Assembly (NCBI GenBank): GCA_965221165.1
Contig: CBDCRP010000003.1
Coordinates: forward strand, 1,632,001 to 1,696,000
Direction of reading: 5' to 3'
Length of the DNA: 64,000 nt
Source of the DNA: a bacterium
Lineage (GTDB): Bacteria > UBA8248
Position numbers and translations under genes: made by a program. The notes beneath the pieces were generated by a model that was given only the letters and a program-made list of their open reading frames with translations, was not told where the DNA came from and made no database searches. Shown here piece after piece: positions 20,705 to 30,708 of the stretch (the first letter of the stretch is position 1; the number at the start of each line of letters is the position of its first letter).

Positions 20705-21562
20705 TCACGCCCCCATCACCAGCGCAAGCTCACGCACCAGCTTGGCGGCGGTTATGGCGCTCGCGCCTGAGGGGTCCCATTCGGGGGCGAGTTCCACCAC
20801 GTCGGCGCCGATGATGCGCGCGCCCGAAGCGTTCAGGACAGAAATGCAATCCATGAGGGCATCGAAGCCGGGGCCACCCGGCTCGGGACTGCCGGTTCCG
20901 GGCATCTCGCCTGGGTTCACGACGTCCACGTCGAGGGTGAGGTATATGGCCCTATCGCCCACCTCATCCAAAGCCGTTTCGACGGCCTCGGGACACAGGG
21001 GACTCAAGTTATCGTTCGCCCGCATCCATTCGAACTCCTCCCTGGCGCCGGAGCGGATGCCGAACTGATGCAGCGGCCCGATTCCCTTGAGTTCCAGAAT
21101 GCGCCGCATCACGCAGGCGTGCGAGAGTTTTTCTCCCAGGTAGTCATCGCGCAAATCCGCGTGCGCGTCCCACTGGAACACGGCCAGACCGGGGAAAGAC
21201 TCTAGCGCCGCCTCCACAAGGGGCAGGCTTACCAGATGCTCACCGCCCAGGAATATGGGGCGCTTGCCGGCACGGAATATCTCAGCCGCTTGGGTCGTGA
21301 TGGAATCGAGAACGGCTCCGGTTTCATCGGAGGCGAAATCGACATCGCCCAAGTCGCACAGGGCGGCGTCTTCCAGATCCTTATCGAGATGAGGGCTGAA
21401 AGTTTCCAGGCAATCAGACGCTTCGCGTATTGCCTGAGGCCCTGAGCGCGCGCCTCGCCTGAAGCTCGCCGTCTTATCGAAGGGGCAACCCAGGAGAACG
21501 GTGCGTGCAGGTTCAAACACGCTTTCGGCGCACAAAAAGCGCGGCCGGGCCGCCCGGCGCAT
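20705..21562 (-). CDS. speB: Agmatinase / ureohydrolase
   Basis: GGEH, DAHADLR, DVDVV, PGTGSPEPGG, VELAP. Confidence 0.93.
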   Translation of the reverse strand: MRRAARPRFLCAESVFEPARTVLLGCPFDKTASFRRGARSGPQAIREASDCLETFSPHLDKDLEDAALCDLGDVDFASDETGAVLDSITTQAAEIFRAGKRPIFLGGEHLVSLPLVEAALESFPGLAVFQWDAHADLRDDYLGEKLSHACVMRRILELKGIGPLHQFGIRSGAREEFEWMRANDNLSPLCPEAVETALDEVGDRAIYLTLDVDVVNPGEMPGTGSPEPGGPGFDALMDCISVLNASGARIIGADVVELAPEWDPSGASAITAAKLVRELALVMGA

Positions 21563-22443
21563 CAGCCTAGAATCTCCGCCACGTAGGGCGGGTGTACGAA
21601 TGCGGCCGCATGGACCGCAGGGGAGTAATAGTGGGTCTTTACGCCTGCGGGCAGTGCTCTGGGCTTCGCGTGAGAAAGAGCTTTTCTGGATTTCGGCGCG
21701 AGCGCGAACGACCAGATACCCCCCGGATACGTCGGCACGTTCGCCAGATAAGTCGACGCGCCCGGGAATACCCGCCGGATGCGCCTCGTGATCCTTCGCA
21801 TCCTGCCGCCCTCGAACACGGGGCCCTGCGTCTGCGCGGCGTACAGGCCGCCCGGCGCGAGAGCGCGCTTCGCCGCCCGGAAAAAGGAGGTTTTAGTCAG
21901 CGGACTCGCCATGGCGACCGGGTCCGTGGAATCTACAAGGATGACGTCGAACGCATATTCGCGGCCCTCGATGAACTTCACCCCGTCCTCGATTCTTATC
22001 TCCACCCGGGGGTCGTCCAACTTTCCGGCGATTCCCGGCAGGAACTCGCGGCAGCAATCCACCACCATCCCGTCGATCTCGACGAGCGTGACGCGCTCGA
22101 CCGTCTCGTGCCTCAGCGCTTCTTGCACGCAGCCGCCGTCCCCGCCGCCGACCACGAGCACGGTCCTGGGTTCTGCGTGCGCGCACAAGGGCACGTGCGC
22201 GAGCATCTCGTGGTAGATGAACTCATCGCGCTCGGTGGTCTGGATGACGCCGTCGAGCAGGAGGACGCGCCCGAAATCTTCCGTCTCCACCACGGTGATT
22301 TCCTGAAACGCGCTTTGGGCGGAATAGAGCGTCCGCAGCACCTTCATCGTGAGGCCGGTGCCCGGGCCGTGGTATTCGGTGAACCAGGTGGCCGGCTTAC
22401 CGGGCGGGATCTCGGGCATGAAGGGGGCGCGCGTCAGTTCCAA
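21562..22443 (-). CDS. speE: Polyamine aminopropyltransferase (spermidine synthase)
   Basis: [28 protein letters not shown]. Confidence 0.95.
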   Translation of the reverse strand: MELTRAPFMPEIPPGKPATWFTEYHGPGTGLTMKVLRTLYSAQSAFQEITVVETEDFGRVLLLDGVIQTTERDEFIYHEMLAHVPLCAHAEPRTVLVVGGGDGGCVQEALRHETVERVTLVEIDGMVVDCCREFLPGIAGKLDDPRVEIRIEDGVKFIEGREYAFDVILVDSTDPVAMASPLTKTSFFRAAKRALAPGGLYAAQTQGPVFEGGRMRRITRRIRRVFPGASTYLANVPTYPGGIWSFALAPKSRKALSHAKPRALPAGVKTHYYSPAVHAAAFVHPPYVAEILG

Positions 22444-22901
22444 AGGATGACTCCCGCGAAGGCGGCGCCCGTTTTCTTAACGACGTGCTCGGCGGCTACG
22501 CTCCTGATCTCCCGGATGGGCTTTCCGCGATGCGCCATGCCGGCCTCCGCCATGCGCCGGGCTTGTTCTTCCACCTGCGCGCGGGGGGCGTGGTCTTGAT
22601 GCTCCATGATGAGGCCGCAGTGCGTCTCGTCCTCGGGGATGGCGATCGCCACCGCCGCGGTGATCACCTCGCCCGGTATGGTGGATGTCACGGACGCATA
22701 GGCCGCCGGCGCCAGCGCGCCCTGGGGCAGCGGGGGAGGCTCAATCTCCTCGCATCCGGGCGGCAGGATGCTGCTCATGCGCACGAGGTTCGTGTCGCCC
22801 ACGCCTGAACTCAGAAGGGCCGCGTCGAAGGCGTTGAGCTCGCTCACGCCCTCGGCGCATCCGTGGGCCATGAAATACTTCGTCGGAGTGGGGACGATCA
22901 T
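22434..22901 (-). CDS. pdaD: Pyruvoyl-dependent arginine decarboxylase
   Basis: LNAFDAAL and [10 protein letters not shown] self-cleavage motif; context. Confidence 0.88.
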   Translation of the reverse strand: MIVPTPTKYFMAHGCAEGVSELNAFDAALLSSGVGDTNLVRMSSILPPGCEEIEPPPLPQGALAPAAYASVTSTIPGEVITAAVAIAIPEDETHCGLIMEHQDHAPRAQVEEQARRMAEAGMAHRGKPIREIRSVAAEHVVKKTGAAFAGVILWN

Positions 22902-23344
22902 CGCTCGCGCCCCTCCCCGTTATTGATCGAGAGAGATGCCTCCCCTCCCCCGTTCGAGACGAACGGCGCGCTCAGGTGAGCCTCGCGCCCCTCGATGACG
23001 CCGCGCGGCACCTCTTTCGTCTCCACCCGCGTGGGCAGGAGATGCTCCGCGAGGTGGCGCACCGCCGCGTCGCAATCCACCTCGCCGCAGGAGAAATAAT
23101 CCACCGCCGCGTAGCCGTATTCTGGCCAGGTATGAACCGCGAGGTGGCTTTCCTCCACCACGACCACCCCGCTCACCCCGTGAGGGCTGAACATGTGGAA
23201 CACGCTCTGCACGACGGTGGCCCCGCTCAGTCGCGCGGCCTCGTTCATGAGCCGCTCGATCTGTTCCGGATCTTTCAGCGCACCGGATTCGCAATCATAG
23301 AATTCCGCCAGCAGGTGGTGACCCAGAGAATTCAACTTGCGCAT
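22898..23344 (-). CDS. speD: S-adenosylmethionine decarboxylase proenzyme (class 1B)
   Basis: [32 protein letters not shown]. Confidence 0.92.
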   Translation of the reverse strand: MRKLNSLGHHLLAEFYDCESGALKDPEQIERLMNEAARLSGATVVQSVFHMFSPHGVSGVVVVEESHLAVHTWPEYGYAAVDYFSCGEVDCDAAVRHLAEHLLPTRVETKEVPRGVIEGREAHLSAPFVSNGGGEASLSINNGEGRER

Positions 23345-23387
23345 CCTCCAAATATGAATCGACGAAGCATTCCATCAACTCCCGACG

Positions 23388-23987
23388 TCAGAAACTAGGC
23401 GGCGTGGACACCCACAGGAGCTTCGCGCGTTTCTTGTAGGGATTCGCCACCCGGTGGTTTCTGTCCGAGGCGAAATAAAACCACTCGCCCCTTTTCGCCG
23501 TGGCGCGTTTTTCCCCGTACGTCACCTGCACCTTGCCCTTCAACACGTAGCCGAACTCCTCGCCCGCGTGCGCGTCTTCATAAATCGACTCGCCCGGTTC
23601 CATCGTCACGAGGGCGGACTCCATATTGCGGTTCGCCGCCCCGGGCACCATGAGCTCGAAGGCCCGCACTTCGGGATAGGTCGCCGCGTTGCGCGAATCC
23701 CCCTCACCGAACACGATGCGCCCCTCCTGGCGGCCCTGGAAGAAGCGGACGATGTCGGTGTCGAGCGCTTCCAGGATTTCCAGCAGGCTCTCGAGCGAGG
23801 GTGAGGTCAAGTCGCGCTCGAGTTGGGAGATGAATCCCTTGGTCAGGTTCGAGCGATGGGCGAGTTCTTCCTGTGTCAAGCCGTGGGAGCGGCGCAGACC
23901 CCGGATGCGCGCGCCCACGCGCAAGAGGTTCTCGACGGAGCGGCTCATGCCGGTCCTGTTCGATTTCTCTTTCAGTTCCTGCGCCAT
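23388..23987 (-). CDS. XRE-family HTH plus cupin regulator (PuuR-like)
   Basis: LTQEELA...FISQLERDLTSPS HTH; HAGEEFGYVLKG cupin; first gene of the polyamine operon. Confidence 0.88.
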   Translation of the reverse strand: MAQELKEKSNRTGMSRSVENLLRVGARIRGLRRSHGLTQEELAHRSNLTKGFISQLERDLTSPSLESLLEILEALDTDIVRFFQGRQEGRIVFGEGDSRNAATYPEVRAFELMVPGAANRNMESALVTMEPGESIYEDAHAGEEFGYVLKGKVQVTYGEKRATAKRGEWFYFASDRNHRVANPYKKRAKLLWVSTPPSF

Positions 23988-24106
23988 ATCACCGCCCGTC
24001 CAGCGTCCGGCCTCATAAAGGCCGGGACGAACCCATGACTCACCACACCCGGTGGATTCGGCCGCACGATTCCGTATTGTGTAGGGGGAGCCGGGCGGTC
24101 GAACCG

Positions 24107-24154
24107 GTTGTTTAGCAAAAGATGATTATAAAAATATGTTTCCTAAACAACAAG
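24107..24154 (-). promoter_or_regulatory. Sigma70-type promoter of the polyamine operon with an overlapping inverted repeat
   Basis: Minus strand TTGTTG-17nt-TATAAT; GTTGTTTAG (24107-24115) and CTAAACAAC (24143-24151) straddle the -10. Confidence 0.55.
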
Positions 24155-24376
24155 GAGAAAATATATATAGTTTTTGGACGCCTGTGTCAATAATTTCCCG
24201 CTGCACGAAACACAGGCACGCTCCCTCTTCACGCGGGTGAATCGGCGTCGCCCGCCCGGCCCTGAAACCTTCCTTTCGGATGACGATTTCCCGGAAATTT
24301 GTTATTTTAATGTCGGGCGTCTTGCGAGAGACTTACAACCCACCAACCCATCAATGCCGTCTTCATGGAGAGAAAA

Positions 24377-24634
24377 ATGGCAGCAAGCATCGAAGTCTAC
24401 ACCACCCAGCCCTGCACCTTCTGTCTGGCCGCGAAAAACCTCTTGAAAAAGCGGGGTCTCGAATGGACCGAGCACCTGGTGTTCGGCGGCACGCCCGAGT
24501 GGGACGCCATGATATCGCGCACCGGCGGCAAGTCGGTGCCCCAGATCGTCATCGACGACGAGGTCATCGGCGGCTTCCCGCAGCTCCAGGCCTACGACAA
24601 GGATGGAAGACTGAGCGAACTCGCAGAAGCGTAG
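24377..24634 (+). CDS. grxC: Glutaredoxin 3-like
   Basis: CTFC active site, SVPQI, IGG. Confidence 0.88.
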   Translation: MAASIEVYTTQPCTFCLAAKNLLKKRGLEWTEHLVFGGTPEWDAMISRTGGKSVPQIVIDDEVIGGFPQLQAYDKDGRLSELAEA

Positions 24635-24802
24635 AGCCTCCGGGGCCGTCCGCGTGAGAAAAGCGTGGGCGGCCCCCCTTTTTTCGCTTGCGCCGGGTGG
24701 AGCGGCGTTTCACCGAAATGCGAAAGAAGATACCCTGTCCACTCTCTGACATCACACACGACCGCCCCAAGGGCTGTGTCCACGAACCGGGAGGAAAACG
24801 CC

Positions 24803-26236
24803 ATGCCGCTCATGAGTCCCAGTGAATACAAACAAAGCCTGCGCGATGGCCGCGTGGTCTACTACCGGGGCGAGCGGGTGGAGGACGTCACCACGCATCC
24901 CGTCATCGGGGTCGCGGTCGATCACGCCGCCATCGACTACGAGATGGCCGAAGACGAGGCCGACAAGGAACTGGCCCTGGTCGATGGCCCGAACGGCCCC
25001 TACTCGCGCTACTACCACATCCCCGAATGCGCGGACGACCTCCTGAAAAGAAGCGCGCTCATCGAACGCGCCACGGCCCTGGGCGGCACCCTCGTCGTCC
25101 TGATCAAGGAAATAGGCACCGACGCGCTCTTCGCCCTGCGTCTCCTGGCCTCCTACATGGACAAGAACTCAGGCACGAGCTACCTCCCCCGCGTCCGGAA
25201 ATTCCACGAGCACTGCCGGGAGGGCGATCTCGCCGTCGCCGTCGCCCAGACGGACGTAAAAGGAGACAGGGGAAAAGGCCCCGGCGATCAGGCGCACCCT
25301 GATTATTACGTCCGCGTGGTGGCCCAGGACGATGAAGGCGTCACCCTGCGCGGAGCGAAGGTGCACACTTCCGTTTCCACCAACGCGCACGAGATAATCG
25401 TGCTGCCCACAAGGAACATGAGAGAGGGCGATGAGGCCTACGCGGTGGCCTGCGCCGTGCCGGCCAACGCGGCCGGCCTCACCATGCTGGCCAGCGGCTA
25501 CGGCGGCAGAAAAGGCACCGCCTTCGAAAACCCGATTTCCACCAAACACAAGATGATGGAGACCCTCACCATATTCGATAACGTGAAGGTCCCCTGGGAG
25601 CGCGTTTTCCTGAACGGCGAGGTGGATATGGCCGGGCCACTGGCGAAGACCTTTGTGGAGTTCCACCGCTTCACCGCCGTGAGCTACAAGCTGCCGCTCG
25701 TGGATTTGTTCGTGGGCGCGTCGCACCTGATGGCGGAGTACAACGGCATCCTGCGCGCGGGCCACGTGCGCGACAAGCTCGCCAAGCTCATCTCCTACGC
25801 GCAGATTTGCAGGGGCATGACGCGCGAGGCCGCCCGGGAATGCAAGGTGATGGACGGCGTCGCCGTGCCGAATGCAGAGATAATCAACATCGCGAAACTC
25901 CACTTCGCCACCGGCTACCACCAGGCCCTCGCGTGGGTGCAGGACATCGCGGGCGGACTGCTCGTAACGGGCCCGAGCGAGGAGGACCTGGACGACCCCA
26001 GACTCGCCGAACTCATCGACAAATACCTGGGCGCCGCCCCCGCAGCCTCTACCGAAGAGCGGCTCAGGCTCATGAACCTGATCGCGGAGATCACGGCGTC
26101 CGACTTCGCGGGCTATCAGGCCGTGCTGGCGATTCACGCGGAAGGCAGCATCGAGGCGGAGAAGATGACCATCTGGCGCGAGCATAACATCGGCCCCGCC
26201 ATCGATTACGCGAAACGCCTCGCCGGCATCGAATAA
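24803..26236 (+). CDS. 4-hydroxyphenylacetate 3-hydroxylase / 4-hydroxybutyryl-CoA dehydratase superfamily flavoprotein
   Basis: SLRDGR, AQTDVKGDR, GAKVHT, FDNVKVPWERVF, DIAGG, HAEGS. Confidence 0.85.
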   Translation: MPLMSPSEYKQSLRDGRVVYYRGERVEDVTTHPVIGVAVDHAAIDYEMAEDEADKELALVDGPNGPYSRYYHIPECADDLLKRSALIERATALGGTLVVLIKEIGTDALFALRLLASYMDKNSGTSYLPRVRKFHEHCREGDLAVAVAQTDVKGDRGKGPGDQAHPDYYVRVVAQDDEGVTLRGAKVHTSVSTNAHEIIVLPTRNMREGDEAYAVACAVPANAAGLTMLASGYGGRKGTAFENPISTKHKMMETLTIFDNVKVPWERVFLNGEVDMAGPLAKTFVEFHRFTAVSYKLPLVDLFVGASHLMAEYNGILRAGHVRDKLAKLISYAQICRGMTREAARECKVMDGVAVPNAEIINIAKLHFATGYHQALAWVQDIAGGLLVTGPSEEDLDDPRLAELIDKYLGAAPAASTEERLRLMNLIAEITASDFAGYQAVLAIHAEGSIEAEKMTIWREHNIGPAIDYAKRLAGIE

Positions 26237-26249
26237 GGAGATTATTGGG

Positions 26250-26957
26250 ATGAACCCGACCCAGGCGCTCGTCGCCATCTGGCTGAACGTAGCCCAAGAA
26301 AACCGCGAGGAATTCAGAAAGTGGCACAACTGCGAGCATTCCACGGACAGGATGGACGGCCCCGGCTTTCGCATCGGCTATCGCTACAACGCGATAGACG
26401 CCAGCGCGCACCACAACATTCTGTGCACCTTCGAGGGGGATACCCTCGCGGCGTTCGAGAGCGATTACTACCGCGAATCGAGGGACAACCCCTCCCCCTG
26501 GACCAAACAGTGCATGGCCTCCATCCGAAACGCCGAGCGCGCCGTCTACAGCCTGCAAGCCTCCATCGGCGAGCCGCACCGCTACGACGCTCCTTATCTC
26601 TACATGGTGAGCCCCAATCCCGACACCGAGGAGATGAAAGAGGAGATGCTCGCCTGGTACCGCGAAGAGCACCTGGATCGCCTCTATGAAGTCGAGGGCA
26701 TGACGCGCGGCCGCGTGTATCAACTCGAAACCGCCGCCACGGGCGGCGCCACGGCGGAGGCGGAAATCCAGGAGACACGGACGAGCGCGCGGCGCATCGT
26801 CGCGCTCTACGACATGGAAGACCCGACAATCCCGACAACGGACGCCTGGGAAGAAGCCGCCTACGGCACGCCCCGCAGCGCCGCGATAAGGCCCAATCTA
26901 GGGAACGCGGTGAGAGAGACGTGGTGGCTCGATTTTGTGAAGTGGAAGCGGGGGTGA
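26250..26957 (+). CDS. Two-domain EthD/DUF4286-like protein
   Basis: WHNCEH...PGF and WYREEH...VEG halves; RBS AAGGAG. Confidence 0.6.
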   Translation: MNPTQALVAIWLNVAQENREEFRKWHNCEHSTDRMDGPGFRIGYRYNAIDASAHHNILCTFEGDTLAAFESDYYRESRDNPSPWTKQCMASIRNAERAVYSLQASIGEPHRYDAPYLYMVSPNPDTEEMKEEMLAWYREEHLDRLYEVEGMTRGRVYQLETAATGGATAEAEIQETRTSARRIVALYDMEDPTIPTTDAWEEAAYGTPRSAAIRPNLGNAVRETWWLDFVKWKRG

Positions 26958-28756
26958 ACTTACGGATGAGACTTTTCTTCGCGATGCTTTGTGTGTGGGT
27001 CGTGGTGTGGGTGGGCGCAACGTCCGTCATGGCGGCGAGAATTTCGTGTGATGACTGGAACACGGGAAAGTTCTTCCATCAAGCCAGCGCAACTGATGTT
27101 TCCCGATGCCTGAAAGCGGGAGCCAAGCCGAATGCACAAGATCAAGACGGGATGACACCCTTGCACAAAGCGGCGAAGGAGAAAACCCCGATCCTAGTGC
27201 CAGTGTTATTGAAGGCCGGGGCCGGTCCCAACGCGCGGAATAGATACGGATGGACACCCCTGCACTTGGCAACGGCCTGGAACAAAACCCCGGCGGTCGT
27301 GAGAGCCTTGCTGGACGCCGGGTCCGATCCGAACGCGCGGGATGCAGATGGGGAAACACCCCTGCACTGGGCGGCTGACTCCAGCAAAACCCCAGTGATT
27401 GTAAACATGCTGATCAGGGCCGGGGCCAAGGTGAACGCAAGGAACAAATACGGAAAGACGCCCCTGCAACTGGCGGTGGAAAACAAAGAACCAGCCGTCG
27501 TAAAGGTATTGCGCGATGCCGGGACTATCCCGGCGGCGAGAAACAAAGCGGGAAAAAAGCCGTGGAACCCAGCAAAAGAAAGCGTCGACTTGAGGGGAAG
27601 AAGCATCTTACCGAAATTCGGCCCTGTTTCCTGTAAAGACTGGAATGCGGAGAAGTTCTTCAAAAACGCCCGACCGGTAGATATTTCCCGCTGCTTGAAG
27701 GCTGGAGCGGACCCCAACGCGCGAAACAAATATGACATGTACGGATGGACTCCCCTGCACCGGGCAATGTGGGGGAGAGGAAACCCGACGGTCATAACAG
27801 ACCTCGTGAATGCCGGGGCCAAGGTGAACGCACGGGACAGATACGGAAGGACACCCCTGCACGCGATGGCGGGGCGGATCAGAAACCCGGCGATCGTGAC
27901 AACTCTGGTGAAGACTGGAGCCGACCCCAACGCAAGGGATGAAAAAGGGCTGACTCCTCTACACTATGCAACGGCGAAAAATACCCCGGCGGTCGTGGCC
28001 TCCTTGCTGAACGCCGGGGCCAACCCCAACGCAAGGGATGAAAATGAACGGACGCCTCTGCATGGACAGCTAATGGGTCACATCAGAAACTCGGCGGTCG
28101 TGGCAACCCTGGTAAAGGCGGGAGCCAAAGTGAATGCGCGGGATAAATATGGATTGACACCCTTGCACCTGGCGGTGAGGCGGACAGGAAACCTGGCAGT
28201 CATAACAGCTCTCGTGAATGCCGGAGCTAAGGTGAACGCACGGAACAAACACGGGCAGACGCCCCTACACGTGATGACGATGGGACCGCTCAGAAACCCC
28301 ACGATCGTGAAAACATTGGTAAAGGCTGGGGCCAATCCGAATACTCAGGATCAGTTCGGGAGCACTCCTCTGCACTGGGCGGCGGCGAGAAGCAATGCCT
28401 TGGCCATCGTAATGGCTCTGCTGAATGCTGGGGCCAAAGTGAACGCTCGCAGTCAATCTGATGGACAGACACCTCTGCACTGGGCGGCGGCGCATAGTGA
28501 AACTCCAGAGGTCATGGCCATCTTGATGAGGGCCGGGGCCAATCCAAACGCGCGGGATGTGAACGGAGCAACACCCCTGCACACGGCGACCGCCTATAGC
28601 AAAAACCCGGCGGTAGTGACGGTATTGCTGGATGCCGGGGCGGATCCGACAGCAAGAGACAAATCAGATAAAACGCCAGGGGATTATGCAGAAGAGAACC
28701 CCGCGCTCATGGGAACGGAGGTCTACCGGCGATTGAACGATGCGCGGTTCAAGTAG
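26954..28756 (+). CDS. Secreted ankyrin-repeat protein (two capped modules)
   Basis: Signal peptide; about 13 GxTPLH...AGAxxNAR repeats; two SCxDWNxxKFF...SRCL caps. Confidence 0.95.
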   Translation: MNLRMRLFFAMLCVWVVVWVGATSVMAARISCDDWNTGKFFHQASATDVSRCLKAGAKPNAQDQDGMTPLHKAAKEKTPILVPVLLKAGAGPNARNRYGWTPLHLATAWNKTPAVVRALLDAGSDPNARDADGETPLHWAADSSKTPVIVNMLIRAGAKVNARNKYGKTPLQLAVENKEPAVVKVLRDAGTIPAARNKAGKKPWNPAKESVDLRGRSILPKFGPVSCKDWNAEKFFKNARPVDISRCLKAGADPNARNKYDMYGWTPLHRAMWGRGNPTVITDLVNAGAKVNARDRYGRTPLHAMAGRIRNPAIVTTLVKTGADPNARDEKGLTPLHYATAKNTPAVVASLLNAGANPNARDENERTPLHGQLMGHIRNSAVVATLVKAGAKVNARDKYGLTPLHLAVRRTGNLAVITALVNAGAKVNARNKHGQTPLHVMTMGPLRNPTIVKTLVKAGANPNTQDQFGSTPLHWAAARSNALAIVMALLNAGAKVNARSQSDGQTPLHWAAAHSETPEVMAILMRAGANPNARDVNGATPLHTATAYSKNPAVVTVLLDAGADPTARDKSDKTPGDYAEENPALMGTEVYRRLNDARFK

Positions 28757-28773
28757 GGAGACGTAGGCTCTCG

Positions 28774-28947
28774 TTACTCCACCCTTGAGGGGGAGTCGCA
28801 GAAGCCGAGTCCCTGACGAAGGCTGATGCGGTGGGGGGCCTGATTCTAAAGTAAAAGCTCCCCCCCACCTGTGCGACTTCGGGCTCACCCTCGTCTTGCC
28901 GACATTCCCTCCCTTCTCGGTCGGAAATGACCTCAAGGGGGGAGTGA
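28774..28947. repeat. MITE-like element with 17-bp terminal inverted repeats
   Basis: TTACTCCACCCTTGAGG ... CCTCAAGGGGGGAGTGA (15/17 complementary); no convincing gene. Confidence 0.55.
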
Positions 28948-29009
28948 TTATTCGCTACTCTTCAACAGGGACAGGTCGCGCTACGGTTTTCTCCATACTC
29001 TCCGAGAAA

Positions 29010-29182
29010 GGCGGGCGGACACATAGGTCCGCCCCTACTTGGTCTCTCGCCCGTCATTCCGGCAATCCCTCCCTCCTCGGTCGGGAATGACACCGGAATG
29101 ACGGCGGTATAGTCTGTTGACACTACGAGATTGACAGTGCGTTCCTCATCCGCCTGGATTCCGGCATACTCAGGAATGACGA
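29010..29182. repeat. Cluster of REP-like palindromes
   Basis: GGGCGGAC..GTCCGCCCCTAC and CCGTCATTCCGG (29051-29062) / CCGGAATGACGG (29093-29104). Confidence 0.65.
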
Positions 29183-29271
29183 ACAAGGCCTAATCTCAAA
29201 AACGCGGTAAGATAGACGTGGTGGCTGGAATTCATGAAACGGAAGCGAATCTGAAAAAAGCGGAAGCGGAG

Positions 29272-29877
29272 ATGATTCCATCGACCAAACTTTTCAGAGC
29301 GTTCCTTACAGGATTCTGCCTGTCACTCATGGCGTGGATGGGCGCGACTAACGCAATGGCGGCGGGGGTTTCGTGTGATGACTGGAATACAAAGGAGTTC
29401 TTCATGGGCGCTGATGAAACGGATATCTCCCGTTGCCTGAAGGCGGGAGCCGACCCTATTTCGCGGAGCATATTCAACGGAGACGCTCCCCTTCACGCCG
29501 CGGCGGCTTTCAGCAAGAATCCGGCGGTCGTGGCGGCGTTGATAAAAGCGGGGGCCGACCCGAACGCGCGGAATTTGTATAAAAGAACGACTCCCCTGCA
29601 CGCGGCCGCAGCGCTCGGCAAAACGCCGGCGATAGTGAAGGCGCTGGTGAAAGCCGGAGCCAATCCGAACGCGCGGGACAAATACAAACAAACGCCCCTG
29701 CACACGGCGGCGCTGGAGGGCAAGACTCCGGCGGTCGTGGAGGCCCTGCTGGATGCAGGAGCAAATCCATCGGCAAGAAACAAATCCGGTAAAACGCCTT
29801 GGGATTATGCGAACGAGAACGACGTGCTCAAGGGCACGGAGGTCTATCTGCGGCTGAATGAGGCGCGGTTCAAGTAG
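29272..29877 (+). CDS. Secreted ankyrin-repeat protein (single module)
   Basis: Signal peptide, SCDDWNTKEFF cap, 3 ankyrin repeats, same C-cap (GTEVYxRLNxARFK) as the upstream gene. Confidence 0.92.
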   Translation: MIPSTKLFRAFLTGFCLSLMAWMGATNAMAAGVSCDDWNTKEFFMGADETDISRCLKAGADPISRSIFNGDAPLHAAAAFSKNPAVVAALIKAGADPNARNLYKRTTPLHAAAALGKTPAIVKALVKAGANPNARDKYKQTPLHTAALEGKTPAVVEALLDAGANPSARNKSGKTPWDYANENDVLKGTEVYLRLNEARFK

Positions 29878-29973
29878 GGAATCGAACAATGGAAACCCTT
29901 ACCACCATCTCTATAAAAACGCTCTCTGCCCTATCCTAATAGCTAGCTTGAAAACTAGCCTTGAGCCGAGGCC

Positions 29974-30075
29974 TTACCTCTTCTTCGGTGGAGGGGCCGG
30001 GGGAGGCGGTGGCTTGGTGGCGACCGGGGGTTCCTTTCCGGCTCTGCTCGGGGGTGGGTTTTGCTCTTTCGCCAT
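29974..30075 (-). CDS. Candidate 33-aa proline-rich microprotein
   Basis: GGAG 6 nt before ATG; MAKEQNPPPSRAGKEPPVATKPPPPPAPPPKKR-stop. Confidence 0.4.
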   Translation of the reverse strand: MAKEQNPPPSRAGKEPPVATKPPPPPAPPPKKR

Positions 30076-30218
30076 GAGTAGCTCCATAGGTTAGGCAACT
30101 CAAAAAAGAGCGGAACGCATTGCGCGTATCCGGCGTCTTTCTAATCGTGTATTCTACCATCCACCATTGCAACCGCAATCATCGCGACGATGCATCGCCG
30201 ACACCGAGAGAACCAACC

Positions 30219-30561
30219 ATGCCACTCACGCGGGATTTCAGGGAAACGATTCAGGCAAGGGTCGAGCGCCTGCTTTCGGGCGAGGTGGAAGTCGGCAAGG
30301 CGGTGCTGCGCGATTTCATCAACGCGACGGTCGGCTTTCATCAATCGTAGCAATCGCTCCTTCATCAGTCGCGATTGACCTCACCGGAAAATCGCCAAAA
30401 AGCCTCATGCGCATGTTCGGGCGGGCACGACCTTCACCTCCTCGGGGAAGCTCGACTCCTTCCTCAGTCGGGGCTGACCCCAGGCGCGCAATATCTTCGA
30501 GGTCATCGCTTGTCTCCAGGAGCGCGAGGGGCTTCGGCTCACAGTCCGCGCGGTTCGGTAG
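30219..30561 (+). pseudogene. Decayed addiction-module antidote / HTH regulator
   Basis: MPLTRDFRETIQARV..GKAVLRDFINATVGF, GKSPKSLMRMFG and PQARNIFEVI..LQ segments broken by a stop, frameshifts and an insertion. Confidence 0.7.
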
Positions 30562-30599
30562 AGAGAGGTTCAATCCTCATTCCACTTTTACCTTTGCCT

Positions 30600-30702
30600 G
30601 TCATCCCGGAATGCCCTGATCCTGGATCCAGCGACTTTCCCATAGGCATTTCCGGATTCCGGCAATCCCGCCTTTCTCAATCGGAATTGACACCGGAATG
30701 AC
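30600..30702. repeat. ~105-bp GTCATCCCGG...CCGGAATGAC element, copy 1
   Basis: Close direct copy at 31517-31621; termini are inverted repeats. Confidence 0.8.
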
Positions 30703-30708
30703 GATTAA

